Source: Planctomycetota bacterium
GTDB lineage: Bacteria; Planctomycetota; Brocadiia; Brocadiales; Bathyanammoxibiaceae
DNA: 54,370 bases
Direction of reading: 5' to 3'
NCBI GenBank assembly: GCA_023261505.1
Contig: JAHFOV010000005.1
Location: forward strand, 6,322-60,691
Every line of letters begins with the position of its first letter. The first letter of the stretch is position 1. Position numbers and translations under genes: made by a program. The notes beneath the pieces were generated by a model. That model ran no database searches. It saw nothing but the letters and a program-made list of their open reading frames with translations, and had not been told where the DNA came from. This document shows positions 31,006-40,081 of this stretch, piece after piece.

Positions 31006-31447
31006 TTCTTTACATAATCTTTTGGTCTGAAAATAAGAAAACGACTAACTTCAGCAGTTTTCCCGCTGCCAGGCCATCCTTCCTTAAGAGAGGGCCTTTC
31101 CTAAAAGGGCCAACCGTAGAGGATCCCACAAAAAGCTTGGTGCATTTGACTGGAATCCTGTACTACGTAAGTAACCTTTAGGCTTTAAATCTGCAGATAC
31201 CCCATTGACAATCCTCGTCCCGTAGTTAAACTTATTAGACTGTTCTGTAATGACAAAGTGTACAAAAGGCAAATCTGTCCGCCACGTTGATTGGTGAATC
31301 CACCAATTCTTTTGGTGCAATGTAGGATTTTTGTTTCGCTATTTTTGAAAATGCCGAGCAAATTCACCTTAGTGATACACTAGACTGCACTCAGTGCTGA
31401 GCGATCCCGGTTACTACACTGGACATTAGTGTAACCAGAGAAACTAT

Positions 31448-32737
31448 ATGTTTATCAGGATGGTAAAGACAACGACGGGGTCACAGAAAAAGACCCACTG
31501 CTATCTCAGGGTAGTGGAGAGTTATCGGTCTAACGGCAAGGTAAAGCAGAGGGTCTTGTGGAACATGGGTAAGTTGGAGAGGGTACGCCCTGGCCTTAAT
31601 GGTTTGTTAAAGTCTCTAATTAGATTCTCCGGGGAACAATTCTTAAACGTAAGAGAGATAAAAGATAGACGAGTAAGTGAATATGGAAATATCCTCCTAC
31701 TAAAATATCTATGGGAAGGCTCGGGATTTAGAAAAATCCTGGAGTCCAACTTAGGGAAGGATGCAGACTGTATAATGGCTATGGTTTTTTATAGGTTATG
31801 CCAGCCAGCCACATACGCCTGCGGTGCTACCGCCCTGCTAAGCTGGTTAAAGAGGATTAATCTGCCTGAAGCGGAGAGGCTGGCTAGGTTAGGCCAGGGG
31901 AGGTTGAGGAAGAGACTATTAAACGGCATAAACACTTTGGGCAGGCTGGAATGGTCAGAAAGGCAAAAATCCGTGTCAGGTCATACTTTGAGAAAATTAC
32001 CCGCAGCAAAAAGAAGCTTCATTATAGAGATAGGTCCTTTATCTTATAGAGGAAAAAGGTATAGAAACAATTACCTGGCAATCCTTCCACTGGGCAGTAA
32101 TAACTTTACACGGTTCAGGGTTCATACCAGGAAAGAATTCGTGGCAATGCTCCAGAAATTAAAGAGTACCAAGGGGATTCTCATAGTAAGGTACTCCACA
32201 CTAGGAAGGAAAGGAGTAGCCTTTCTGGACAAGGAATCCGTTCCTTATCTGGCCTTTTTTAAAAAGCTTCAGCCAACTCGCCGTAGGCCCAGGAGGAGGC
32301 ACCTTACCATTGGGTACGGCAATCAAAAAGTTCAGCTAAGGACAAATATTGCAAAGAGTACCAGCCTCTACCAGGCAAAAAGGGCCTTTAAAGGCCTCCT
32401 GGAAGCAGAGTCCGCCCTTGGTCGGCCAGCTTTACCCCCTTTTATGCCACCAGGGAAGGCTTATTTGAAGGGTTACATACTAGTGCTCATGCTGGCGTAT
32501 CTAATAGAAAAGCTCCTACAGAAAGGACTTGCCAAGCATGGCATTCGATTTCAACCGAAAGAAGCCCTGGATACGCTAAAAGAGGTCAGGATAGTAAGTA
32601 ATCTCTTAGCAGGTAGAAGGTGGGATTATCTAACTGGCATGACGCGTGAGCGGTGTACCTTGCTAAAAATCTTCGGAATAAAGAGGCCCTCTCTCAATCT
32701 CAAAGCCCAAATGACAAATGCAACTTTTGGAGTTTGA
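31448..32737 (+). CDS. IS1634-family transposase-derived protein with no recognisable DDE core
   Basis: N-terminus MFIR...YLRVVESYR.NGKVKQRVL.N.G and C-terminus KGYILVLMLAYLIEKLL match IS1634 transposase ends; acidic catalytic motifs not recognisable. Confidence 0.65.
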   Translation: MFIRMVKTTTGSQKKTHCYLRVVESYRSNGKVKQRVLWNMGKLERVRPGLNGLLKSLIRFSGEQFLNVREIKDRRVSEYGNILLLKYLWEGSGFRKILESNLGKDADCIMAMVFYRLCQPATYACGATALLSWLKRINLPEAERLARLGQGRLRKRLLNGINTLGRLEWSERQKSVSGHTLRKLPAAKRSFIIEIGPLSYRGKRYRNNYLAILPLGSNNFTRFRVHTRKEFVAMLQKLKSTKGILIVRYSTLGRKGVAFLDKESVPYLAFFKKLQPTRRRPRRRHLTIGYGNQKVQLRTNIAKSTSLYQAKRAFKGLLEAESALGRPALPPFMPPGKAYLKGYILVLMLAYLIEKLLQKGLAKHGIRFQPKEALDTLKEVRIVSNLLAGRRWDYLTGMTRERCTLLKIFGIKRPSLNLKAQMTNATFGV

Positions 32738-32758
32738 GTTTTATAATTTGAATTTTCT

Positions 32759-33115
32759 ATGGCAGAGGTAGAAATGTTACCCTTTTTGATAGCCATTTTG
32801 ACCTTCAGCATCGCCGCTTTCTTGTATTTCAATCGCAAGATAATATTTAGTCTCCTCTTTCTCTTTATCTTCTACGGGCTAAACCTATGGATTGCAATTG
32901 AAGTCTTTCTTCCACAACACAAGGCAATATTTCTTTTACTGGCAGGGACGTTTGAATTCTTCCCCCTTTCGCTCTTATTGGCCTTCTTTCTAGATACAAG
33001 ATATGGGTGGTTCTGCTTTGATATGTCTTACTCCTGGGCATTTGTCTGGGGTTTTGGCCTTATATTTCTAGGTATAAACTTTGTGAGTAAAAGTATATCA
33101 TTTCTACTGGGGTAA
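32759..33115 (+). CDS. Small hydrophobic membrane protein
   Basis: About 4 TM segments; abuts lpxB. Confidence 0.6.
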   Translation: MAEVEMLPFLIAILTFSIAAFLYFNRKIIFSLLFLFIFYGLNLWIAIEVFLPQHKAIFLLLAGTFEFFPLSLLLAFFLDTRYGWFCFDMSYSWAFVWGFGLIFLGINFVSKSISFLLG

Positions 33116-33118
33116 ACG

Positions 33119-34261
33119 TTGAGTAACAAAAGGATATTTATTAGTGCTGGTGAGGCCTCCGGGGACCTACATGGAGCCAATCTTATCAAAGAAATATTAA
33201 GGAAGGCTCCGGAGGTAGAAATCTATGGGCTTGGCAGACGGAGGATGGTTGAGGCTGGACTACACTGCCTACATTCTATGGATAATCACTCTGTTATGTG
33301 GGCAGAGACTTTATTCAGTATACCTACCCTATGGGGTGTTTACAAAGATTGTGTAAGTTTCTTTCAATCTCATAGACCGCAGGCGGTAATCCTTATTGAT
33401 TATGCAGGGTTTAATCTATACCTTGCCCAGGCCGCACGCAGATTAAATATCCCCGTTATCTATTACATCTGCCCCCAGCTCTGGGCCCACGGAGCATGGC
33501 GAGTAAAGAAACTAAAGAGGCTGGTTAGTAAGGTGCTTGTTATCTATCCATTTGAAGAAGAGTTTTATGAGAGAGCTGGAATACCTGTACGCCATGTGGG
33601 CCACCCTCTCTTTGATGAACTCTCAAACAGAAGTGTGGATAACGAATTAGTGGACAAACTCAGGTCGAAAGGAAAATCTGTTTCAGGCGAAATAGTCTCC
33701 ATCCTCCCTGGCAGCCGCCCACAGGAAATAAAGAAACTCCTGCCTATATTCCTTAAGGCTGCGGGGATCATAAAAGAGAAGCTTCCGAGGAGCCACTTTC
33801 TCGTTTCTTGTGGTCATATAGACCACTTGCCACTTATTCATACGTTGGTAAAGAAACATGGTCTGGATGCTGAAATTGTAATAGGTTCGCTCGGTGAGAT
33901 TATTGAAGCCTCTACCCTTTGCCTGACAGCCTCAGGTACCGTTAACCTGGAAGTCGCCTATCATCTTAAACCCATGGTCACTGCCTACAGGGTTACCCCC
34001 TTTGCCTATTTTGTTGCAAGGCCTTATATGGACACCCCATTCCTATGCCTTGTGAATGTGATAGCAAAGAAGCCCCTTGTACCAGAAAAACTCATGTATA
34101 AGGATGATCACTTCTGGGTCGCCCAGCAAGCCCTGAAATTGCTTACAAAAGAAGAAAAAAGGAATGAAGTAATAAAGGAGCTTTCTAGTGTTATAAAGGA
34201 CTTTGCCCTACCCGGGGCCTCAGCCCTGTCCGCACAGGAGATATTGGCGATAATACAATAA
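33119..34261 (+). CDS. lpxB: Lipid-A-disaccharide synthase
   Basis: AGEASGDLHG, IDYAGFN, PQLWA, VGHPL, LPGSR, SGT.NLE. Confidence 0.95.
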   Translation: MSNKRIFISAGEASGDLHGANLIKEILRKAPEVEIYGLGRRRMVEAGLHCLHSMDNHSVMWAETLFSIPTLWGVYKDCVSFFQSHRPQAVILIDYAGFNLYLAQAARRLNIPVIYYICPQLWAHGAWRVKKLKRLVSKVLVIYPFEEEFYERAGIPVRHVGHPLFDELSNRSVDNELVDKLRSKGKSVSGEIVSILPGSRPQEIKKLLPIFLKAAGIIKEKLPRSHFLVSCGHIDHLPLIHTLVKKHGLDAEIVIGSLGEIIEASTLCLTASGTVNLEVAYHLKPMVTAYRVTPFAYFVARPYMDTPFLCLVNVIAKKPLVPEKLMYKDDHFWVAQQALKLLTKEEKRNEVIKELSSVIKDFALPGASALSAQEILAIIQ

Positions 34262-34303
34262 ACAAACTATTTACAAGGCCCACAAATCGTTTATAATTTT
34301 GCT

Positions 34304-34489
34304 ATGTATTTATTGCAAGCCATAGTGGCAGGTCTGGTCATAATGATACTAGTGTTGGGCTTCTTTGCCTTCCATGTCCTTTTTCGCATGTACGTTTGGC
34401 CAGAAACTTATAGAAAAAGAGAGGGGGGGGAAATGGAAGGTGGAATGAAGGTTCAAAAAAGGCTAAAATCCCCTGAAAAGGGGCAGTAA
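34304..34489 (+). CDS. Small single-TM hypothetical protein
   Basis: 61 aa with an N-terminal TM helix; TTTACA...TATAAT just upstream (about 34270-34297), possibly leaderless. Confidence 0.5.
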   Translation: MYLLQAIVAGLVIMILVLGFFAFHVLFRMYVWPETYRKREGGEMEGGMKVQKRLKSPEKGQ

Positions 34490-34529
34490 ATTAAACTTGT
34501 CATTCTGAGTCCGCCTCAGGCGGAACAGC

Positions 34530-34774
34530 TTTTACCCAGGATTTTTCAGAGACCCCAATATCTCTACTACGATACTTTCCCTTCCACCGTCCTCTGAAAT
34601 CCAGCCCCTACCCTCAGTTGTCTCAGTCGGGTTGTTCACGGGAATTCCCCCAAAACCTAACTGGACTCAATAAAGGCCGGAGGCCGGCCTCCCCTATATA
34701 TTCCCTATATATTCTTCTAATAAAAAAAATATATAGGGTTCTCGCGGCTGAGATTAAAGAACCGGTGGGTAAAA
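34530..34774 (+). ncRNA. Candidate structured ncRNA, unassigned
   Basis: Closing stem TTTTACCCA/TGGGTAAAA with several nested helices; G-U pairs favour the + strand. Confidence 0.35.
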
Positions 34775-34837
34775 CGCCAAAGCGCAAGGCGCCACAGATG
34801 CGTGGTACGCGACTTTAGTGTCGCCCTAGAGAAACCA

Positions 34838-34952
34838 ACGTGCCAGACAAGTCATTCCAGAGATCCACCAAAAAGATAGGCGGATTCGCTTAATTCGGAT
34901 TCGCCAATCATTGTGGCGAACAAATCCACTTGCGGCGTGACTGGCACGCTAC
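34838..34952. repeat. REP carrying a nested 89-bp composite insert (34852-34940)
   Basis: Host ACGTGCCAGACAAG^CTGGCACGCTAC; the 57-bp core at 34864-34920 is shared with the other copies. Confidence 0.82.
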
Positions 34953-34963
34953 ATTACACAACT

Positions 34964-35202
34964 TCCCCCGCTCCTGGCAGTTCGTAAGGGTGAGATTAGG
35001 TGGAAGCTGACGTCATACCTCCACATTTATACGCGGTAGGCGGGTAACCTCCGCAAATTTTGAAAGAGCTTTAAGGCCTTACACCTTTTACAGCCTTAAG
35101 ATGGTGGTTCACCCACAGGCCTTTGATAACGAGCATCCCCAAGATGTCTCCTTATCTAGCTCAACGGCACCCTTCACGAATCACTGCCAGGGAGCAAGGG
35201 GA
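34964..35202 (-). ncRNA. ssrS: 6S RNA-like ncRNA (longer than usual, about 240 nt)
   Basis: About 28-bp interrupted closing stem (CCCTTGCTCCCTGGCAGTGATTCGTGAAGGGTG / CACCCTTACGAACTGCCAGGAGCGGGGGA); 5' arm resembles 6S; TATAAT on the minus strand at 35207-35212, just upstream. Confidence 0.5.
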
Positions 35203-35416
35203 TAAAATTATACTATAAGTTTACCACCTTTTTTTCAAAATGGCAACCTGGATGAAAAACTTTTTTGTAAACCTTTGGGCTAACTACACTTATGTAAACA
35301 AATAAACAGTTAACTACATCAAGCTTAGGGTATGGTGGAGGCTTTGCACCTGTACATTTGTAGTCAAAAATTAAAATGAGACCGCGCTGCAAAAGCAGCA
35401 AAATTGCATGTTTAAT

Positions 35417-35557
35417 GTAGCCGCACCCTTTTATGGGTGCGTATAACGCAGGCTAAAGTTCGCCATAGGCGAATCTGTTCGCCACAAAAATTGGCGAATC
35501 CGAAATAAGCGAATCCGCCTATCTTTTTGGTGGACCTCAGGCATGACCTGCGGCTAC
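35417..35557. repeat. Family B REP doublet carrying a nested 88-bp composite insert (35459-35546)
   Basis: Removing the insert restores CGCAGGCTAAAG^CCTGCGGCTAC as at 20844-20866. Confidence 0.88.
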
Positions 35558-35594
35558 CCTTAAATTTGTGATTAGACTACTTTTTCAGAAGTCT

Positions 35595-36467
35595 CTACTT
35601 CTTGAAAAAATCCCTCCCCAGGGCTGTCCTTGAGTAGTAATAGAGGTACTGCTGGGCATAACCTCCATAGTTGCCAAAGTAGTCCCTAGCGAAGGAGTTA
35701 ATCAATTTAGGTGAAACTTTTTGGCCCTTAAAATAAAAGGTGCGTAATGCCCTCTCTATCCATCTATCTACAGGAAAGGCCTCTACAAAGCCCAGGGAAA
35801 ATAGGAGTACACAATCCGCCACCTTTTCTCCTACCCCTGGCAGTTCCATTAATCTCCCCTTCGCCTCAGTATAAGGCAATGACTTCAAGGATTCTAAAAA
35901 ACGCCTGTCCGCAGTCCGAGAAATCTCGCAAATGTAATTAGACCTAAAGCCCAGGCCTGTTTCTTTGAGCAGGGGCACGGCATGCCGCGCCGCTACGTTT
36001 CTTACATCGTCAGGTTCCGGCAGGCTGTACCCCTTGACCTCGCCCAGGCGAACTTCTCTTCCGAATGCCCTGGCCAGGCCATCCAGACATCTCTGTATCT
36101 TTGGGATGTTAGAGGCAATAGAACAGATATAGGATAAGAGACAGTCCCAGGGGTCTTGTCTTATAAGCCTGAGGCCGTAGTACAAGTGGAAGGCCTTCTT
36201 AGTGTACCTGTCCTGTGGTATCTCAGCTAATATATCTTTTAGAGCGGTATCAAGAGAAAAAAAATGTCTAATAAAATCCTTATCTGCCCCTGAAAACTCC
36301 AGTCGGTCGCTATCCTGTCTTACCCTAAAAAATTTATTTCCTGAATGGATGTAGTACCAATCCCCCACCCTTTTGTATCTGAAGAACTGTCCACACTCCA
36401 TTGTGTGGATTAGATGAAAATCTCTCACCTTAACAGAAGATGTCTGTTCAATAGATTTTTTAATCAA
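35595..36467 (-). CDS. 8-oxoguanine DNA glycosylase (OGG1-like HhH-GPD)
   Basis: MECGQFFR, LRLIRQDPW, GLGFR, LPGVGEKVADC, FPVD, GYAQQYLY. Confidence 0.9.
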   Translation of the reverse strand: MIKKSIEQTSSVKVRDFHLIHTMECGQFFRYKRVGDWYYIHSGNKFFRVRQDSDRLEFSGADKDFIRHFFSLDTALKDILAEIPQDRYTKKAFHLYYGLRLIRQDPWDCLLSYICSIASNIPKIQRCLDGLARAFGREVRLGEVKGYSLPEPDDVRNVAARHAVPLLKETGLGFRSNYICEISRTADRRFLESLKSLPYTEAKGRLMELPGVGEKVADCVLLFSLGFVEAFPVDRWIERALRTFYFKGQKVSPKLINSFARDYFGNYGGYAQQYLYYYSRTALGRDFFKK

Positions 36468-36814
36468 CGTCTTTTGATAGTGGAGAGGTTTACTGAATTT
36501 TTATACTTGCAAGTCTTTCTAAAAATACGATTTAAGTTTTCTTAGGATAGAAACATTAAATGTATTACAAGCCTGTGTTAAGTAAAACTAATTTCGCATA
36601 AAAAATCTTACGAAAACTTACGCTCTCCAATCTTATTGATAGAGTGAGTCTTATAAATATTATACAGTTTATAATTAAAGGTCAGTTGAAAATTCTAATA
36701 CCTTTTGTTTTGACATTCCATAATTTTCTAGTAACATGCGTATCGAAAACTTGCGAAGCCTACCGTAGAGGATACGATGCCCGCAGAGAGTTTTCTAACT
36801 TTTAGGGTGGCGGT

Positions 36815-38200
36815 TTGGGACATAGTAACAATGAACTCTGGGCCAAAGTCTTAGAAAATATCCAGAATCAGGTTGGCCCTTTTACCTTTAATCTCTGGTT
36901 CAGGAACACAGAACTCCTTTCCTGTTGCAGTGGCCGCTGCGAGATAGGCGTACCTAACTCCTTCACAGGTGTGTGGCTCCAGAGACATTTCCTGTCCGTA
37001 ATACAAGAAAAGCTTGCTAATGCCATAGGAAAGGGTGTGGAAGTTGGGTTCTCCATTAACGGTAATAATCCCGAACTTTCTCAGGCAGTTTGCAATGTTC
37101 CTAGTGAGGCAGCAAAGGAAGAATCCCAGGTAAACAATAAAGGCATAAAGGACCAGGCCCCTCTCCCGCTACCTTCGAGGGTCTATAGGCTTGAGGATTT
37201 CATAGTAGGGCCTTCTAACCAGCTCGCCTATGTTTCAGCACTGGAGATTCTAAAGGATTCCAGGCCTTCTAATTTCAACTCCCTGTTCATATACGGCCCG
37301 GTTGGACTAGGGAAGACCCATATCTTACAAGGCATATGGAATTTCTTTAAGGAAGGGGGTCAGCCCCTAAAAGCAGTATACATGCCGGCTGAAGACTGGA
37401 CTAATGAGTTTATTCAAGCCCTTAAGGGTGGAAAGGTTGAAGACTTCAGGCGTAAGTATAGAAAAGTGGATGTCTTGCTTATGGATGATGTACATTTCCT
37501 CTCCAGTAAAGAGGGCATTCAGGAGGAGCTTACCCATACTATAAACTCCTTGGCCCATGCCTCCAAGAGGATTATTTTTGCCAGTGACGCCCATCCAAAG
37601 CTAATAAGGGAACTTAAAGAGAGTCTGGCGAATCGCATGATGGGCGGAATGATTGCGGAGATACATCCACCAGATTTTAGTACTACCTTTGCCATTGTTA
37701 AAGCAAAAGTTGAAAAGCTTGGACACAATTTTTCTGAAGAAGTATTGCAATGCATGGCTGAAGGTCTTAAAGGACGCAGTATAAGAGGGATTGAGAGCAC
37801 GCTGACCGCAATACTTGCCCATACAGTTACCTATAAAAAAGAAGTAGATGTAAAGCTTGTTAAGGAAGTTCTGACCCAGTTATTTGGCCAGAAGAGGAGA
37901 CAGGTGAGCCTGGAAGATATAGGGCTAGTAATTAGGAACCACTTTAATCTTACCGCCCACGAATTACATTCCCCAGAAAGAAGGCGCTCCCGCCTCCTTC
38001 CCAGGCGGCTTTGTTGTTATTTTGCCAGGATGCTGACTAATTATTCACATGAAGAAATAGGTCGCCATTTCGGTAACAAAAAGCACACTTTTTGTGTAAC
38101 TTCTATAGCGAAAATGAAAATAAGGCTTGAAAAAGATGTTGAATTCCTTAAACTTGTGGAAAAACTGCAGGGAGAAATAACGCGCAGGACTTTTGTCTAG
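36815..38200 (+). CDS. dnaA: DnaA-family replication initiator (divergent paralogue)
   Basis: Domain I (FNLWF...VPNSF), F.VGPSN.LA, GPVGLGKTH, LMDDVHFL, atypical domain IV. Confidence 0.85.
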   Translation: MGHSNNELWAKVLENIQNQVGPFTFNLWFRNTELLSCCSGRCEIGVPNSFTGVWLQRHFLSVIQEKLANAIGKGVEVGFSINGNNPELSQAVCNVPSEAAKEESQVNNKGIKDQAPLPLPSRVYRLEDFIVGPSNQLAYVSALEILKDSRPSNFNSLFIYGPVGLGKTHILQGIWNFFKEGGQPLKAVYMPAEDWTNEFIQALKGGKVEDFRRKYRKVDVLLMDDVHFLSSKEGIQEELTHTINSLAHASKRIIFASDAHPKLIRELKESLANRMMGGMIAEIHPPDFSTTFAIVKAKVEKLGHNFSEEVLQCMAEGLKGRSIRGIESTLTAILAHTVTYKKEVDVKLVKEVLTQLFGQKRRQVSLEDIGLVIRNHFNLTAHELHSPERRRSRLLPRRLCCYFARMLTNYSHEEIGRHFGNKKHTFCVTSIAKMKIRLEKDVEFLKLVEKLQGEITRRTFV

Positions 38201-38486
38201 AGACGATTCTAAGAACTTTAAAATGAATAGCTTACGCACCTGAATGAATATCTAAGCTTTTTATTCAAAATTGACGTTTATTTTATTAAAAATTCACCAT
38301 TTTTGACCATTTTTCACACATTTTAGGTAATATTTTGCTAAGGGGGGTAAGGGGGGGAACGGCTGGAGATTATAATTTTATATCTGTGATAAGGCACAAC
38401 TCTGGCAGCATTGCACCTTCTTCCTTTGCAGATTTTATATTAATTGAGACTGTCTTACCTCATCACGGACTTGCGAAGAAAGATCC

Positions 38487-39560
38487 TTGAATATTAACAA
38501 CCGGCTTCACCTTTTACAGCAGAAAATAGCTAAGAAAGGCCTGGAAGGGCTTGTTATTACAAAACTCCCTAATATAAGGTATTTAAGCGGCTTCACAGGC
38601 TCAGAGGCACTCATCCTCCTTTCCATGGACAAGTCCATTTTTCTTACTGATTTCCGTTATATCGAACAGGCTCAAGGAGAATGCAGAGGCCTGGAAATAG
38701 TAGAAAGAAAAAAACCCGCCATCAAGGCCCTGGTGAACTTGGTGAAAAAACTGCGGCTAAAGGTGCTGGGTTTTGAATCTGAGTCATTGACTTTTGCTCA
38801 GTATTCGGAGCTCAAGTCAAAGGTAAGAAAAGTGATACCTGTAAAAGGAATGGTAGAAGAGATGAGGGAGGTGAAGGAAGAAGAGGAAATAAATTTAATA
38901 AGGGGCGTATTGAAAGTGACAGAGCAGGCCTTTGAAAAGGTGTTAAAGGATATTAGCCCCGGTCTGACAGAGAAGCAGATTGCCAACAGATTAGAGTTTA
39001 ACATGAAGGAGGGCGGGGCTGAAGGAACATCCTTTGACACGATATGTGCAGTGGGAGAAAGGGCCTCTCTGCCCCACGCCCACCCGTCGGATGTAGCAGT
39101 TAAGCCTGGAGTTGGCCTCCTGATAGACTGGGGTGCAAAGTGGATGTCATATAATTCTGACTTGACAAGGGTTCTATTCCTTAATAGAATCTCACATCAG
39201 GCTCGAAAGATATACCAGATTGTGAAAAAGGCCCAAAGCCTTGCCATTGAAATGGTAAGGGAAGGTGTGAGTGCAAGGGAAGTAGACCTGGCAGCCAGGA
39301 GGTATATAGAGAGTCAAGGCTACGGTAAAAATTTTGGTCACGGCCTTGGGCATGGTATTGGTCTAGAGGTTCATGAAAGCCCCCGTATATGCAAAACTAA
39401 CCGAAAACCTCTTAAAGCGGGGATGGTTATTACCATAGAACCAGGAATATACTTGCCTAAGTGGGGAGGTGTGAGGATAGAGGATATGGTGCTCGTAAAG
39501 AAGGCGGGTTGTGAAGTCTTGAGCCATACCCCAAAAGCACTAGAAGCGGTAATACTGTGA
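38487..39560 (+). CDS. Xaa-Pro aminopeptidase (M24)
   Basis: RYLSGFTGS, TDFRY, YNSDLTR, HGLGHGIGLEVHE, TIEPGIY, GVRIED. Confidence 0.93.
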   Translation: MNINNRLHLLQQKIAKKGLEGLVITKLPNIRYLSGFTGSEALILLSMDKSIFLTDFRYIEQAQGECRGLEIVERKKPAIKALVNLVKKLRLKVLGFESESLTFAQYSELKSKVRKVIPVKGMVEEMREVKEEEEINLIRGVLKVTEQAFEKVLKDISPGLTEKQIANRLEFNMKEGGAEGTSFDTICAVGERASLPHAHPSDVAVKPGVGLLIDWGAKWMSYNSDLTRVLFLNRISHQARKIYQIVKKAQSLAIEMVREGVSAREVDLAARRYIESQGYGKNFGHGLGHGIGLEVHESPRICKTNRKPLKAGMVITIEPGIYLPKWGGVRIEDMVLVKKAGCEVLSHTPKALEAVIL

Positions 39561-39614
39561 CACCTTATGAAGACGGAAAGAATTTATAGCCTGAGCAAGA
39601 GGGCTTTTAGAAGT

Positions 39615-40079
39615 ATGGAGACTATGAATAAAATAAAAGAGCTCATCTCTTTGATGAACACCAACAACCTTGTAGAAATTGAAGTTCAGGAGGATGACCT
39701 CCGTATAAAGGTGAGGCGCGGCGACGGTATCCAACACTCTGTCCTCCCCGCCCATCAGCTTACTGGTGTCGCTGAGGAAAGACAACCCCTCCTGACGCAG
39801 AAGGACAACCTCCTCGCTATATCTTCTCCCATGGTTGGTACTTTCTACAAGGCTCCTACACCTGGGGCAAAACCTTTTGTTGAAGCAGGTGATACGGTAG
39901 AACCTGAATCGGTAGTTTGTGTCATTGAAGCCATGAAGATTATAAATGAAATTAAGGCAGAACTATCTGGTAAGATAGTAGAGGTACTAGTGGAGGACGG
40001 GAAAGCAGTGGAGTATGGACAACCTCTCTTCAGGGTTTTACCTGTCTCACCTGAACAGTCAGCCCAACAACAGAGATAA
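39615..40079 (+). CDS. accB: Biotin carboxyl carrier protein
   Basis: [14 protein letters not shown] biotinylation motif; start uncertain (39567, 39615 or 39624). Confidence 0.93.
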   Translation: METMNKIKELISLMNTNNLVEIEVQEDDLRIKVRRGDGIQHSVLPAHQLTGVAEERQPLLTQKDNLLAISSPMVGTFYKAPTPGAKPFVEAGDTVEPESVVCVIEAMKIINEIKAELSGKIVEVLVEDGKAVEYGQPLFRVLPVSPEQSAQQQR

Positions 40080-40081
40080 AG

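Noticed and set aside
34490-35590. RNase P RNA, tmRNA or SRP RNA in the 1.1-kb gap
   Set aside because: No GAGGAAAGTCC/ACAGAA..CGGC, tRNA-like ends or SRP GGAA loop motif found on either strand.
36470-36814. oriC upstream of dnaA
   Set aside because: AT-rich, but no clustered consensus DnaA boxes were seen; the GTGGATAA match near 33633 lies inside lpxB.
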